A DNA stretch of 64,000 nt from Candidatus Bathyarchaeia archaeon (lineage in GTDB: Bacteria > Patescibacteriota > Microgenomatia > PFEM01 > JAFGMK01): positions 186,961 through 250,960 of the forward strand of contig DATKWK010000017.1 in assembly GCA_035529595.1 (NCBI GenBank), in the 5' to 3' direction. Positions 1 through 9,425 of this stretch are shown here, piece after piece. Positions within the stretch are counted from its first letter, which is position 1; every line of letters begins with the position of its first letter. The notes beneath the pieces are model-generated. The model was not told where the DNA came from and did no database searches. It saw only the letters and a list, made by a program, of their open reading frames with translations. The position numbers were made by a program, and so were the translations under genes.

Positions 1-1092
1 ACCCAGGGAAAAGACAGTAATCCGCTTCATTTGACCATGAAATTAACACGGGCTAAGCTTGAAGAATTAGTTGATGATCTGATTCAAAAGACAATTAAGC
101 CGGTTGAGGCTTGTTTAAAGGACGCCAAACTTAAGACTACTGATATTAATGAGGTAGTTCTGGTTGGTGGACAAACCCGAATGCCCAAAGTCCAGCAAGT
201 GGTTAAAGATTTTTTTGGCAAGGAGCCTAATAAAAGTGTTAATCCGGATGAGGTGGTCGGTGTCGGGGCGGCAATTCAGGGTGGGGTTCTGGGAGGTGAG
301 GTTTCGGATATCTTGCTTTTGGATGTCACCCCCTTAACTTTAGGAGTTGAAACCTTAGGTGGGGTAAGAACTCTCTTAATTGAGCGCAATACTACCGTTC
401 CCACGTCGAAGTCGCAAATTTTTTCGACTGCGGCTGATAATCAGAACCAAGTTGAGATTAATGTTTTGCAGGGCGAACGGCCAATGGCAGTTGACGATAA
501 GTCTTTAGGCCGGTTTGTTCTTGACGGAATTCCACCGGCGCCGCGAGGTATTCCTCAAATTGAGGTAACCTTCGATATCGATAGTAATGGCATATTAAAT
601 GTTTCTGCTAAAGATAAGGCAACCGGAAAGGAACAAAAAATTACGATTAAAAATGCAACTCAGTTGGGCGAGGAAGAAATTGACAAAATGAAAAGGGAGG
701 CTGATAAGTATGCCGAAGAGGATAAAGCCAAAAAAGAGATGGTTGATGTCCGTAACCAAGCCGATGCCTTGGTCTTTTCGGCTGAGAAAACCTTGAAGGA
801 TGCTGGCGATAAAGTTAAAAAAGAAGACAAAGAGAAAGTAGAAATAGAGATTAAAAAGGTAAAAGAAGTTCTCGGGAAAACCGATTCCAAGAAAGAAGAG
901 ATTGAAGCAGCAAGCAGCAAGCTTTCCGAAGAATTGCAGAAAGTGGGCGCCGCTATGTATGCCAGTCAGCAGCAAGCTGCCGCTACCCCACCTTCAGGTG
1001 AGGAGAAAAAGGGAGAGAATAAAAAAGAAGACAAGAAAGAGGAGAAATCTAAAGATAAAGATAAGGCAGAAGAGGGAGAGGTGGTCGAGTAA
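1..1092 (+). CDS. dnaK: Chaperone DnaK (Hsp70), 5'-partial
   Basis: Frame open from base 1; motifs [49 protein letters not shown]; followed by dnaJ. Confidence 0.98.
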   Translation, partial: TQGKDSNPLHLTMKLTRAKLEELVDDLIQKTIKPVEACLKDAKLKTTDINEVVLVGGQTRMPKVQQVVKDFFGKEPNKSVNPDEVVGVGAAIQGGVLGGEVSDILLLDVTPLTLGVETLGGVRTLLIERNTTVPTSKSQIFSTAADNQNQVEINVLQGERPMAVDDKSLGRFVLDGIPPAPRGIPQIEVTFDIDSNGILNVSAKDKATGKEQKITIKNATQLGEEEIDKMKREADKYAEEDKAKKEMVDVRNQADALVFSAEKTLKDAGDKVKKEDKEKVEIEIKKVKEVLGKTDSKKEEIEAASSKLSEELQKVGAAMYASQQQAAATPPSGEEKKGENKKEDKKEEKSKDKDKAEEGEVVE

Positions 1093-1119
1093 CCGACTAT
1101 TAGTTGTCAGTTTAATTAG

Positions 1120-1143
1120 TCAGCCCGTTTTCTTACGGGCTGA
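1120..1143 (+). terminator. Stem-loop after dnaK (possible terminator or mRNA-stabilising hairpin)
   Basis: TCAGCCCGT-tttctt-ACGGGCTGA perfect 9-bp stem; only a weak U-tract. Confidence 0.4.
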
Positions 1144-1221
1144 TTTAGTCTCGAAGAAGAAGATCAAGCAGCCGACAGTGTCAAAAAATGTTAGAATATC
1201 TCAATATTTTATTTTATCATC

Positions 1222-2088
1222 ATGGCTACCAAAAGGGATTATTACGATGTCTTAGGGGTGAGTAAAGGCGTTACCGTCAATGAAATCAAAAAAGCTTACC
1301 GGAGTTTAGCCCTAAAGTGGCATCCGGACCGGAATAAATCGTCTGAGGCAGAGGAAAAGTTTAAGGAGATTAATGAAGCCTACGAGGTCTTGTCAGATCC
1401 TAAGAAGAAAGAAACTTACGACCAGTTTGGCCATGCCGCCTTTTCGCCCGGAGGGGGTTTTGCCGAGCAATGGCCCGGTGGAGCTACGGCCAGGACTTAT
1501 CGGAGTGGACCATTTTCCTATACTTATTCAACCGGAGGGTCGGGCTTTGAAGATTTATTCGGCGGCTTTTCCGATCCGTTTGAAATTTTTGAGTCTTTTT
1601 TCGGCGGAGCTTCACCTTTTGGCAGGAGACAAAGGATTCCCCGTTATGGTTTGACTTTATCTTTTATGGAAGCCGCCCAAGGTTGCGAAAAAGAGGTGGT
1701 TATTGAAGGAGAAAGGCGAAAGATTAAGATTCCTCCAGGCGTCGATGATGGTACCCGAATCCGTTTTGGCGATTTTTATATTTCGGTTGATGTCCAACCG
1801 GATGAAACCTTTAAAAGAGACGGAAATGACATTTTAATCGATCAGGAGATCTCCTTATCGACGGCGGTTCTGGGTGGTACAATCGACATACCAACTATTG
1901 ACGGTTCGGTGAAAATAAAAGTCCGTCCCGGTACCCAATCAGGGACAATGGTCCGCTTGCGCAACCGCGGTATTCCTTATCTCCGCAGCCGGGCCCGAGG
2001 CGATCAATACGCGCGTCTGGTGGTAAAGATTCCTGAGAAACTTTCCCGCAGGCAAAGAGAATTGATTGAAGAATTTGAAAGAAGTTAA
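1222..2088 (+). CDS. dnaJ: DnaJ-class chaperone lacking the zinc-finger domain (type II/CbpA-like)
   Basis: J-domain with HPD (KWHPDRN), G/F-rich region, C-terminal DnaJ_C; no CxxCxGxG repeats. Confidence 0.92.
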   Translation: MATKRDYYDVLGVSKGVTVNEIKKAYRSLALKWHPDRNKSSEAEEKFKEINEAYEVLSDPKKKETYDQFGHAAFSPGGGFAEQWPGGATARTYRSGPFSYTYSTGGSGFEDLFGGFSDPFEIFESFFGGASPFGRRQRIPRYGLTLSFMEAAQGCEKEVVIEGERRKIKIPPGVDDGTRIRFGDFYISVDVQPDETFKRDGNDILIDQEISLSTAVLGGTIDIPTIDGSVKIKVRPGTQSGTMVRLRNRGIPYLRSRARGDQYARLVVKIPEKLSRRQRELIEEFERS

Positions 2089-2147
2089 CTTTATTCCTTT
2101 GCTGGCAGATATCAAATAGATTTAGTATCAGGTATCAATAATTTCGT

Positions 2148-3359
2148 ATGGGCAGGACAGGAAGGGAAATCGAATTTGGATATTTTCGTCCCGGTGGTTT
2201 AGAAGCCACAGTTGAACAGGTAACCATAAATAATGGGCAGACAGTCGGGATTTTTAGAGAGCTTAAAATTGATTTCTTAAGATCTCTCCATCAAGGTAGA
2301 GACAAAATTGAATTGTGGCCGAAAAATGGGATAAGGCGCGATGAAGTTATTCAGCCTCCGTTCTCGACCGGTTTAGGGATAGATGCCTTCGCCAGCGACG
2401 GAGAGATCTTCTTAACGCTTCCAGATGGTGAGAGGTTTATAATAGATAAACGACCGGATGCCAGAGATGGAGGGTTTCCCAGGCGTCTTTCTGAGGGATT
2501 AAGGTCGGCTCTTCTTCTGATGGAAGATGATTTTGCTGATTCAAGAAGAACATTGAACGAAAGAAAATATCAGGCGATCGGCAAGAAAGTTTTAAATCGC
2601 CAATTTGGGTTTAACTCTATTGAGGCTGAATATTGGGCAAGAAAACTGCTTGAGATGGATCCTTCGTTTGACCGAATTTTCCCCCACTGGGTCTCCGTTT
2701 CTATTTTGGCAGCGGCAAAATTTGCTGGTAATTATCGATTCTCCAGGCCTAAATTTGCTACGATCGAACCGGCACCAATAACTCTTCGGGAATTCGGTTT
2801 GGATAAAGCCGGCCTTTTAAGGTTTAGGCAAAAGACGCCACCGGTACTAACCGGAACTGCGGCTATTTTTTTAGGCAATTTCGGCTCTGTCTTATATCCG
2901 TCTGATAGACCTGAGTATCTGATGCTAAGGCGTAATCATGGGAGAATGCTTGGAAATAAATACGTTTTTCCGGGAGGTAGGACTGATAATCTTCTCGAGA
3001 TTACGGCTTGGCAAGAATTAAGGGAAGAAATGCCTTTTTTAATCGATACTGATGACTGTGAAAAGTTTAGGATAGAAATTCTTGGAGTTGATTTTTTAGC
3101 GGTAGTTGACCAAACGTTAATCAACCAGGAAGGTCAATTAAGGAGGTCGTTGGATTATACTTTTGCCTTTTGGGTTAGTAATTCTAATGAAACTGCATTA
3201 AGAGGAATAGCTGGTGATGACCAGGGTGAATGGTTACCGGTAAAACTTGATCCAGATTCTGTAACCGTCAGTGATTCGGTAATAAAAAAGAATCTGTCTC
3301 CGATTGCCGCTATTGCCCTGAGGGCAGCCACAAAAATCCAGAACCCCAGGACTTTTTAG
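2148..3359 (+). CDS. Hypothetical protein with C-terminal NUDIX-like domain
   Basis: 403-aa ORF; YVFPGGRTD...AWQELREEM resembles a degenerate Nudix box; N-terminal two-thirds not recognised. Confidence 0.55.
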   Translation: MGRTGREIEFGYFRPGGLEATVEQVTINNGQTVGIFRELKIDFLRSLHQGRDKIELWPKNGIRRDEVIQPPFSTGLGIDAFASDGEIFLTLPDGERFIIDKRPDARDGGFPRRLSEGLRSALLLMEDDFADSRRTLNERKYQAIGKKVLNRQFGFNSIEAEYWARKLLEMDPSFDRIFPHWVSVSILAAAKFAGNYRFSRPKFATIEPAPITLREFGLDKAGLLRFRQKTPPVLTGTAAIFLGNFGSVLYPSDRPEYLMLRRNHGRMLGNKYVFPGGRTDNLLEITAWQELREEMPFLIDTDDCEKFRIEILGVDFLAVVDQTLINQEGQLRRSLDYTFAFWVSNSNETALRGIAGDDQGEWLPVKLDPDSVTVSDSVIKKNLSPIAAIALRAATKIQNPRTF

Positions 3360-3477
3360 TCATCTAAATTGATATAACCTATCTAGGAGATTAAAAATAT
3401 CGAACATGCAGTGAATGCTATTCTAAGGCCGGATTTTCTCCAGTATCAATTTCGCGGGAGGAATTAGTTCTTATTAT

Positions 3478-4104
3478 TTACTTACCTAATTGAAAAGAAT
3501 AGAGGAGTTCTTTACAAGTTCCGTACTCTCCAGTCCTGAAAACGCCGATTCTATCGAAACAGATGATCTTTCTGGAAAACTTAATATTCTTTTTCAAGGT
3601 CGTTGCTTTTTCGGGATCTGAAAATCGAGTTATAGTTAAGTGAGGATGGTAAAGATTTAGTACGTCCGGATAACCGAAATTTCTGATATTTTCACTTTGT
3701 TTTCGATCTAGACTATTGATATATCTCTTATCTTGATACTTATCTCTGAGATGATTTTCTCTTAACGGATTCATTTTTTCGACTGTCTCCCTGTGAATTT
3801 TTTCTACCGGAGTAGTCTTTTTAAGTTCGAACCAGATGTATCCGTCGTTTGACCGAACTTCGGTAAACTTTGAGATAACTTTTTTACTATTCCCTGTTAT
3901 TTTTTTGAGGAATCCAATAATTTTTATTAAATTTGTCTTTGGATATTCTGGTGAGTAGATGGTTACGTGAGGATGATAATTTAGACCATCGAGAGTAAAA
4001 TATGTCAACTCTTTTCTTCCTAATTTTTGACTTAAACTGATAGAATAATCAATGGTTTTCTGATCAGGCAAAAAAGCAATATTTAATCTTATGTATTTGA
4101 TCAT
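3478..4104 (-). CDS. 2H phosphoesterase (2'-5' RNA ligase superfamily)
   Basis: Two HxT motifs (YHPHVTI, YHPHLTI); start placed at ATG 4104, overlapping the upstream stop (ATGA). Confidence 0.75.
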   Translation of the reverse strand: MIKYIRLNIAFLPDQKTIDYSISLSQKLGRKELTYFTLDGLNYHPHVTIYSPEYPKTNLIKIIGFLKKITGNSKKVISKFTEVRSNDGYIWFELKKTTPVEKIHRETVEKMNPLRENHLRDKYQDKRYINSLDRKQSENIRNFGYPDVLNLYHPHLTITRFSDPEKATTLKKNIKFSRKIICFDRIGVFRTGEYGTCKELLYSFQLGK

Positions 4105-5123
4105 CTTTCTTTCTTTATTTTTAACCTGATTTTTACCCATCTCCAACTTATCCACAAAGATGCGGCTATTGCTATTAAACTGGCCCAGAAACCAAACGTT
4201 GCCCCTTTTAGAACATATTTTGATGCGCCATAGACAAATAAAATATGAAAACAGTAAATTGCTAATGTCTCTTGGCCAAGAAGACTTGCCTGCCTGATTA
4301 AATCGATCTTTCTCAATTGGTTTTCAACGATTATTAACTGGGATAAAATAGCGATGATCAGAAAGGTATTAAAGATAACCAGGGCTACTGACGGTTGCCA
4401 GAAGCCGGCGATTAAATATCTCGAATCAAAAATAATGTAGGGATTAAAATTGACTGCTGAAAGAAAAACAAAAACGCCGGCTAGCGACACTAAGAAAAGG
4501 TTTTTGAAATTCTTTACTGCTTTATCTTTGTCTAGCCATATTAAATAGGCATCGCCGATCAAGATTCCGCTTAAGAAATAGGAGATGCTTGGTAAAAGGG
4601 GGAAATTGTAAACATTCAAAAAGGGAACTACGATTCCTTTCAGCCTGAGGGCAAGATCAATCATTAAAGTAAGGTAGTTTAAGAAAATAAGTATAATAAT
4701 TCGTGTTTTTCGAGAAAAAAGAAACAGTATTGAACCAGCAATCAAACCAGTACCGATCAACTGGAGGATACCTGAAGTGGCAATAGTATTTATCTTAGCC
4801 AAATTATATTCATAAAAAAACAAGAGATAGCTAAGGAAAATTAACCAAATGCCTTTTTTAAACTTTTTCCACAACCAATCGGTTTTTCCCCTGTGAGTAT
4901 GCTTATTAAAAGAAAGAGCGAGACAGAAACCCGATAAAAATAAAAAAATTGCCGAAGAAAGTGCGGTTAGGTTAATTATGTCTACCGCCAGTCTAGTAAA
5001 AACCGCGCCCATAAAGACGTGAGTATCGAAATTATAAAAAAGTTTAAGTCCGTGATCCCAAAACATCAGAATAATCGCCCAGAATCGCAAAAAGTCAATC
5101 GATAATAGTCTTTTTTTAGCCAT
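4101..5123 (-). CDS. Membrane acyltransferase-like protein (HGSNAT/DUF1624-type)
   Basis: RLLSIDFLRxxAIILMxxDH N-terminus, FLFLSGF and GILQLIG motifs, about 9-10 TM segments. Confidence 0.7.
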   Translation of the reverse strand: MAKKRLLSIDFLRFWAIILMFWDHGLKLFYNFDTHVFMGAVFTRLAVDIINLTALSSAIFLFLSGFCLALSFNKHTHRGKTDWLWKKFKKGIWLIFLSYLLFFYEYNLAKINTIATSGILQLIGTGLIAGSILFLFSRKTRIIILIFLNYLTLMIDLALRLKGIVVPFLNVYNFPLLPSISYFLSGILIGDAYLIWLDKDKAVKNFKNLFLVSLAGVFVFLSAVNFNPYIIFDSRYLIAGFWQPSVALVIFNTFLIIAILSQLIIVENQLRKIDLIRQASLLGQETLAIYCFHILFVYGASKYVLKGATFGFWASLIAIAASLWISWRWVKIRLKIKKER

Positions 5124-5166
5124 TTATTTATCAAGTTTATCATGTTTGACGTAGTCTATGTTCTAA

Positions 5167-5195
5167 TTGACGCCTATAAGAGAAGGTGGTAGAAT
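5167..5195 (+). promoter_or_regulatory. Sigma70 promoter of the nusA operon
   Basis: TTGACG-17 nt-TAGAAT with extended -10 TG. Confidence 0.65.
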
Positions 5196-5219
5196 TAGAT
5201 AAACTTGGGAAGAGTCTTA

Positions 5220-5244
5220 AAGGTGGGAGAACCCACCTTATTTT
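5220..5244 (+). terminator. Leader terminator/attenuator upstream of nusA
   Basis: AAGGTGGG-AGAA-CCCACCTT-ATTTT between promoter and nusA. Confidence 0.6.
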
Positions 5245-5324
5245 GTAAGGGACTGCTTAGGGCATAAAGAGTATAATAAGTAAAGACTGGATCGATTACT
5301 ATATACTAATCAGGAGTATCAAGA

Positions 5325-6509
5325 ATGGCGATTTTAAAAGCCCGAACCGAATTTGCGCTAGCTTTAAATCAAGTCTGCCACGAGCGGGGGATCGAGCCTG
5401 AAGTAGTAATTAAAACTATCGAAGAAGCGGTTTTGGCCGCCTTCAGAAAAGATTTCGGCCTGGAAGAAGGAAAGGAATACCGGGTTGAGATTGATGCAGA
5501 TACCGGAGAAACAAAAATTTTTTCCTGGCCTGAAGCTAAAGATAAAGAAAAAAAAGAAATCACTCCGCCAGGTTTTGGTCGGATCGCGGCTCAGGTAGCA
5601 AAACAAGTCATTTTACAGAAGATACGCGAAGCCGAAAAAAACGCGATTCTTGGTGAATATGAAAAAAGAATTGGAACGTTGGCCAATGGTATGGTTCTGC
5701 GCTTCGACGGTATTAACATTATAGTCGAAATTGGTAAAACGGAGGCGGTAATGCCGCCTGAAGAACAAGTTAGGGGAATTCGCTACCGGCTTAATCAACG
5801 ATTAACTCTTTTTATCAAGGAAATAAGAGAAACTGCCAAGGGTAAGAGAGTCGTTGTTTCCCGAGCCGATAAGGGTTTGATCGAAGGGCTTTTTCGGCGC
5901 GAAGTACCTGAGGTAGCTTCTGGTGCGGTTGAAATAAAGGCAATTGCGCGCGAGCCAGGCGGAAGGAGTAAAGTAGCGGTAGTTTCAACCCAAGCAGGAG
6001 TTGATCCCGTTGGCTCCTGCGTTGGTCAAAAAGGCGTTCGCGTGCAGGCGGTCATTAATGAACTTAATGGGGAGAAAATCGACATTATTCCTTTCAGCGA
6101 CGATATCGGGAAATTTATTGCTGCCGCTCTATCTCCGGCAGAGAATGTAAAAATGGAAGTCGACGGGAAGAAAAAGGAAGCTAGGGCTAGCGTGTCCGAC
6201 GACCAGCTTTCACTAGCGATTGGGAAAGAAGGGCAAAACGTACGGTTAGCGGCCAAATTAACCGGCTATAAAATCGATATTAAAGGAGCAAAAAAGTTAA
6301 ACACCCAAGAAGAGAAAGTCAAAGAGAAGATTACTTCTGAAATTCAGGATCTGGGTTTGCCTAAGAGGATCATTACGTCTCTTATAGTGGCAGGCATAAC
6401 TACGATTAACGACCTAAAGAAGAAATCTAGAAAACAGTTGAGTCAGATCAAAGGGATTGGTCCTAAAGCTCTGGGCGAAATAAAGAAAGCCTTAGAGGCT
6501 AAAAAATAA
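5325..6509 (+). CDS. nusA: Transcription termination factor NusA with C-terminal HhH/alphaCTD-like domain
   Basis: FGRIAAQVAKQVI, S1 and KH domains (AREPGGRSKVAV, AIGKEGQNVRLAAKLTG). Confidence 0.97.
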   Translation: MAILKARTEFALALNQVCHERGIEPEVVIKTIEEAVLAAFRKDFGLEEGKEYRVEIDADTGETKIFSWPEAKDKEKKEITPPGFGRIAAQVAKQVILQKIREAEKNAILGEYEKRIGTLANGMVLRFDGINIIVEIGKTEAVMPPEEQVRGIRYRLNQRLTLFIKEIRETAKGKRVVVSRADKGLIEGLFRREVPEVASGAVEIKAIAREPGGRSKVAVVSTQAGVDPVGSCVGQKGVRVQAVINELNGEKIDIIPFSDDIGKFIAAALSPAENVKMEVDGKKKEARASVSDDQLSLAIGKEGQNVRLAAKLTGYKIDIKGAKKLNTQEEKVKEKITSEIQDLGLPKRIITSLIVAGITTINDLKKKSRKQLSQIKGIGPKALGEIKKALEAKK

Positions 6510-6591
6510 TCAAGTTTAGATTTTTTAAAACTGTAACTTAAAAATTGTTTCTTGTCCGTGTTTTCAAAAAAAACTTACCAAAAAACTTTTT

Positions 6592-8055
6592 ATGGTAAAA
6601 ACGAAAGCAAAAATAAAATTTACTTCTCGTCCTCCGGTTGTGAGTATTCTCGGGCATATTGACCATGGCAAGACTACACTTCTTGACAATATCCGAAAAT
6701 CTAAGCTAGCCTCTGCTGAAGCAGGAGGGATTACTCAGGATATTGGTGCTTATCAGATCGAGTACAAAGGAAGAAAAATTACCTTCATTGATACCCCTGG
6801 CCATGCGGCTTTTGCAAAGATGAGAGCCCGCGGGGCTGAGGTAACTGATCTGGCAATTTTAGTAATCGCTGCTGATGAGGGTGTTAAACCACAAACACGT
6901 GAGTCTTTGAAGTTCATCCAACAGGCTCAAATACCTTTTATTGTTGCTGCCAATAAAATTGACCTTCCTGCGAGTAGTATCGAGAAAGTCAGCCAGGATT
7001 TGGCTAAAGAAGGCATTTTAGTTGAAAAAAAAGGAGGGGAGGTAGTTTTGGTCCCAGTTTCTGCTAAGACGGGAGAGGGAGTGGAGGATCTTTTGGAAAT
7101 GATTTTACTGATTACCGATATGCAGGATATTAAAAGTGACCCTGAGGCACAGTTTAAAGGGATAATAATTGAATCAAAATTGGAACGTTTGCGAGGGCCC
7201 CTGGCGACAATTCTTGTTAAGGAAGGGACTCTTTCCATAACTGACTTTATTTGGACCGAAGGAGCCTGCGCAAAAGTAAAAGCAATGTATGACGAAACTG
7301 GCCAGCGAGTGACTAAGGCTTTTCCCAGTAAGCCAGTTTCGGTTTTAGGTTTTGATTCAGTTCCGCCTGTCGGAGCAACGGTAATTCGCGTCGCCGGAAA
7401 AATCAAATCACCGCAGTTGCCTAGGCAAAAGATAGCACAATCTACAGAAAAAACTGAGGAAGAAGAGCATAAAAAAGTAAAGCTGGTTTTAAAGGCAGAT
7501 ACCCAAGGTACCCTTGAGGCGATTAGGATGAACCTTTCTTCGGAAGTTGAATTGATTCATCAAGGGGTCGGTGATATTAATGAAGGTGATATCTTTCTTA
7601 CCCAAACTGCTGGCGCTTCTTTAGTCGGTTTCAGTGTCCGTATTCCTCCAAGGATAAAAAAATTGGCTAGCGTAGAGAAAGTACCGATTAAAATATACAA
7701 AATTATTTATGAACTTTTAAAAGACATCGACAGGAAGGTACTTAAGATTTTGGAACCTACCATTGATGAAGAAATTTTGGGAGAAGCAGAAGTCATCAAA
7801 GAATTTTTGATTAATGACAAAAAGATTGCCGGTTGCCGCGTTTTAAAAGGCCGAATTGTTCGGGGTGATCAGTTGCATTTAAGACGGAACGAGAAGATTT
7901 TGGATGGTTGTCGTGTTAATTCTCTTCATAAAGGAAAGTCAGAAGTTGAGAAAGCTGTTGCCAATGATGTTTTTGGTATGGGATTTTCACCCCAGCTTGA
8001 CTTTACCGTCGGCGATGTGCTAGTATCATTCCGCAAGCTGCCCCAGAAAGAATGA
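6592..8055 (+). CDS. infB: Translation initiation factor IF-2 (short, no N-terminal domain)
   Basis: [14 protein letters not shown] and NKID GTPase motifs; follows nusA. Confidence 0.96.
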   Translation: MVKTKAKIKFTSRPPVVSILGHIDHGKTTLLDNIRKSKLASAEAGGITQDIGAYQIEYKGRKITFIDTPGHAAFAKMRARGAEVTDLAILVIAADEGVKPQTRESLKFIQQAQIPFIVAANKIDLPASSIEKVSQDLAKEGILVEKKGGEVVLVPVSAKTGEGVEDLLEMILLITDMQDIKSDPEAQFKGIIIESKLERLRGPLATILVKEGTLSITDFIWTEGACAKVKAMYDETGQRVTKAFPSKPVSVLGFDSVPPVGATVIRVAGKIKSPQLPRQKIAQSTEKTEEEEHKKVKLVLKADTQGTLEAIRMNLSSEVELIHQGVGDINEGDIFLTQTAGASLVGFSVRIPPRIKKLASVEKVPIKIYKIIYELLKDIDRKVLKILEPTIDEEILGEAEVIKEFLINDKKIAGCRVLKGRIVRGDQLHLRRNEKILDGCRVNSLHKGKSEVEKAVANDVFGMGFSPQLDFTVGDVLVSFRKLPQKE

Positions 8056-9005
8056 ATCGACTACCCGAATTTGATCCTATCATTCAGATCATTTCCCAGG
8101 CAAAAGGTGGAGTAATTTTTCTCCCCGAAAATCCATCTCTTGATCCGACGGCTGCTTCTTTATCTTTATTCTTGTCGCTTGAAAAGTCCGGAAAAAATTT
8201 CGGCTTAGTGTGTTCGACTCCAATGACTGTTGGTTTATCCAAACTGGTGGGGGTTAATAAAATATCTGGTAAAATTGGCGGGAGAAGTTTAGTGATCTCG
8301 TTTGATTATTTGGAGAACGCAATTGATAAGGTCAGTTACAATATTGAAAATAAGAAATTCAACCTAGTAGTTCAGCCGAAGACAGGGTTTCCTCCTCTTT
8401 CAATCCAGAATGTAAACTACTCCTATAGTGGTGATTTAGAGGTGGTTGTTGTTATCGGTAGTGATTCTTTAGATAATTTAGGGCCAATATATCGGCAGGA
8501 GAAGAAAGTGTTTGAGCAAACTCAAATAATTAATATTGATATTAATTCCACTAATACCCGTTTCGGTAAAGTTAATGCTATTTTTTCTGACGCCAGTTCT
8601 TATTCGGAGATTATGGCTGCCTTATTGCAGTCCGCTAACTATCCTGTTGATCAAGATATTGCCAGTAATCTTTTGTTTGGAATCCAGGGAGCTACAGGAA
8701 ATTTTACTGCTGCCAAAACGACCGCTGAAGCTTTCGAAGCAGTTGCCTTTTGCCTCCGTTCGGGAGCGCGCCGGCAAGCCCTCCTGGCTCGCCAAAATGC
8801 CTCTTCTTTTAGAAAGCCTTCGCCGGTTCCGCTTAGTCCAATGACTAAAGACGAATCGGCTGCCCGTCCACCCCAAATCTCTCAGATAACAGATCAGGTT
8901 GCCGGTGCAAATACGGATATGTCCGCCACCGATAAAAAAATGCCGAAAAGTCCTTCAGCTGACTGGTATGGTCCAAAAGTTTTTCGCGGTTCCCAACGCG
9001 TCTGA
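8052..9005 (+). CDS. DHH/NrnA-like protein with degenerate catalytic motifs
   Basis: ENPSLD, IDIN (for IDHH), SSYSE, ATGNF (for DTGxF); nrnA-like position after infB. Confidence 0.6.
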   Translation: MNRLPEFDPIIQIISQAKGGVIFLPENPSLDPTAASLSLFLSLEKSGKNFGLVCSTPMTVGLSKLVGVNKISGKIGGRSLVISFDYLENAIDKVSYNIENKKFNLVVQPKTGFPPLSIQNVNYSYSGDLEVVVVIGSDSLDNLGPIYRQEKKVFEQTQIINIDINSTNTRFGKVNAIFSDASSYSEIMAALLQSANYPVDQDIASNLLFGIQGATGNFTAAKTTAEAFEAVAFCLRSGARRQALLARQNASSFRKPSPVPLSPMTKDESAARPPQISQITDQVAGANTDMSATDKKMPKSPSADWYGPKVFRGSQRV

Positions 9006-9122
9006 CCCTTTTTTAGATTTTTGGCTTCTTGTTTTAAGAATTTATTATTGTTATAATAACAAATGTTATTGGGTTTGACTGATAATATCGGTTACTTAAT
9101 TAATTTTTCAGTAAAATAGAAG

Positions 9123-9404
9123 ATGGCTCTTGCTACCGATGAGAAACTAAAAATCATTAAACAGTTTGCGACTGTAAAGGGTGACACTGGTTCACCGGAA
9201 GTTCAGGTTGCTCTTTTAACTGCTAAGGTCAAAAAGCTTTCAGGTCATCTAAAGGAACACAAAAAAGACATCCACTCACGCCGGGGATTACTTTCGATGA
9301 TTTCCAAGAGAAGAAGACTTTTAAGCTACCTTCTCAAGGAAGATAAAAAGAGGTCGACTAATCGGTATAAAGATATTATCACTCAATTGGAACTATCCAA
9401 ATAA
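9123..9404 (+). CDS. rpsO: 30S ribosomal protein S15
   Basis: [24 protein letters not shown]. Confidence 0.98.
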   Translation: MALATDEKLKIIKQFATVKGDTGSPEVQVALLTAKVKKLSGHLKEHKKDIHSRRGLLSMISKRRRLLSYLLKEDKKRSTNRYKDIITQLELSK

Positions 9405-9425
9405 TTTGTTGTTAGGAGGTAAAAT

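Noticed and set aside
1000-1090. Purine-rich AAG/GAA repeats at the dnaK 3' end
   Set aside because: Explained by the K/E-rich disordered C-terminal tail.
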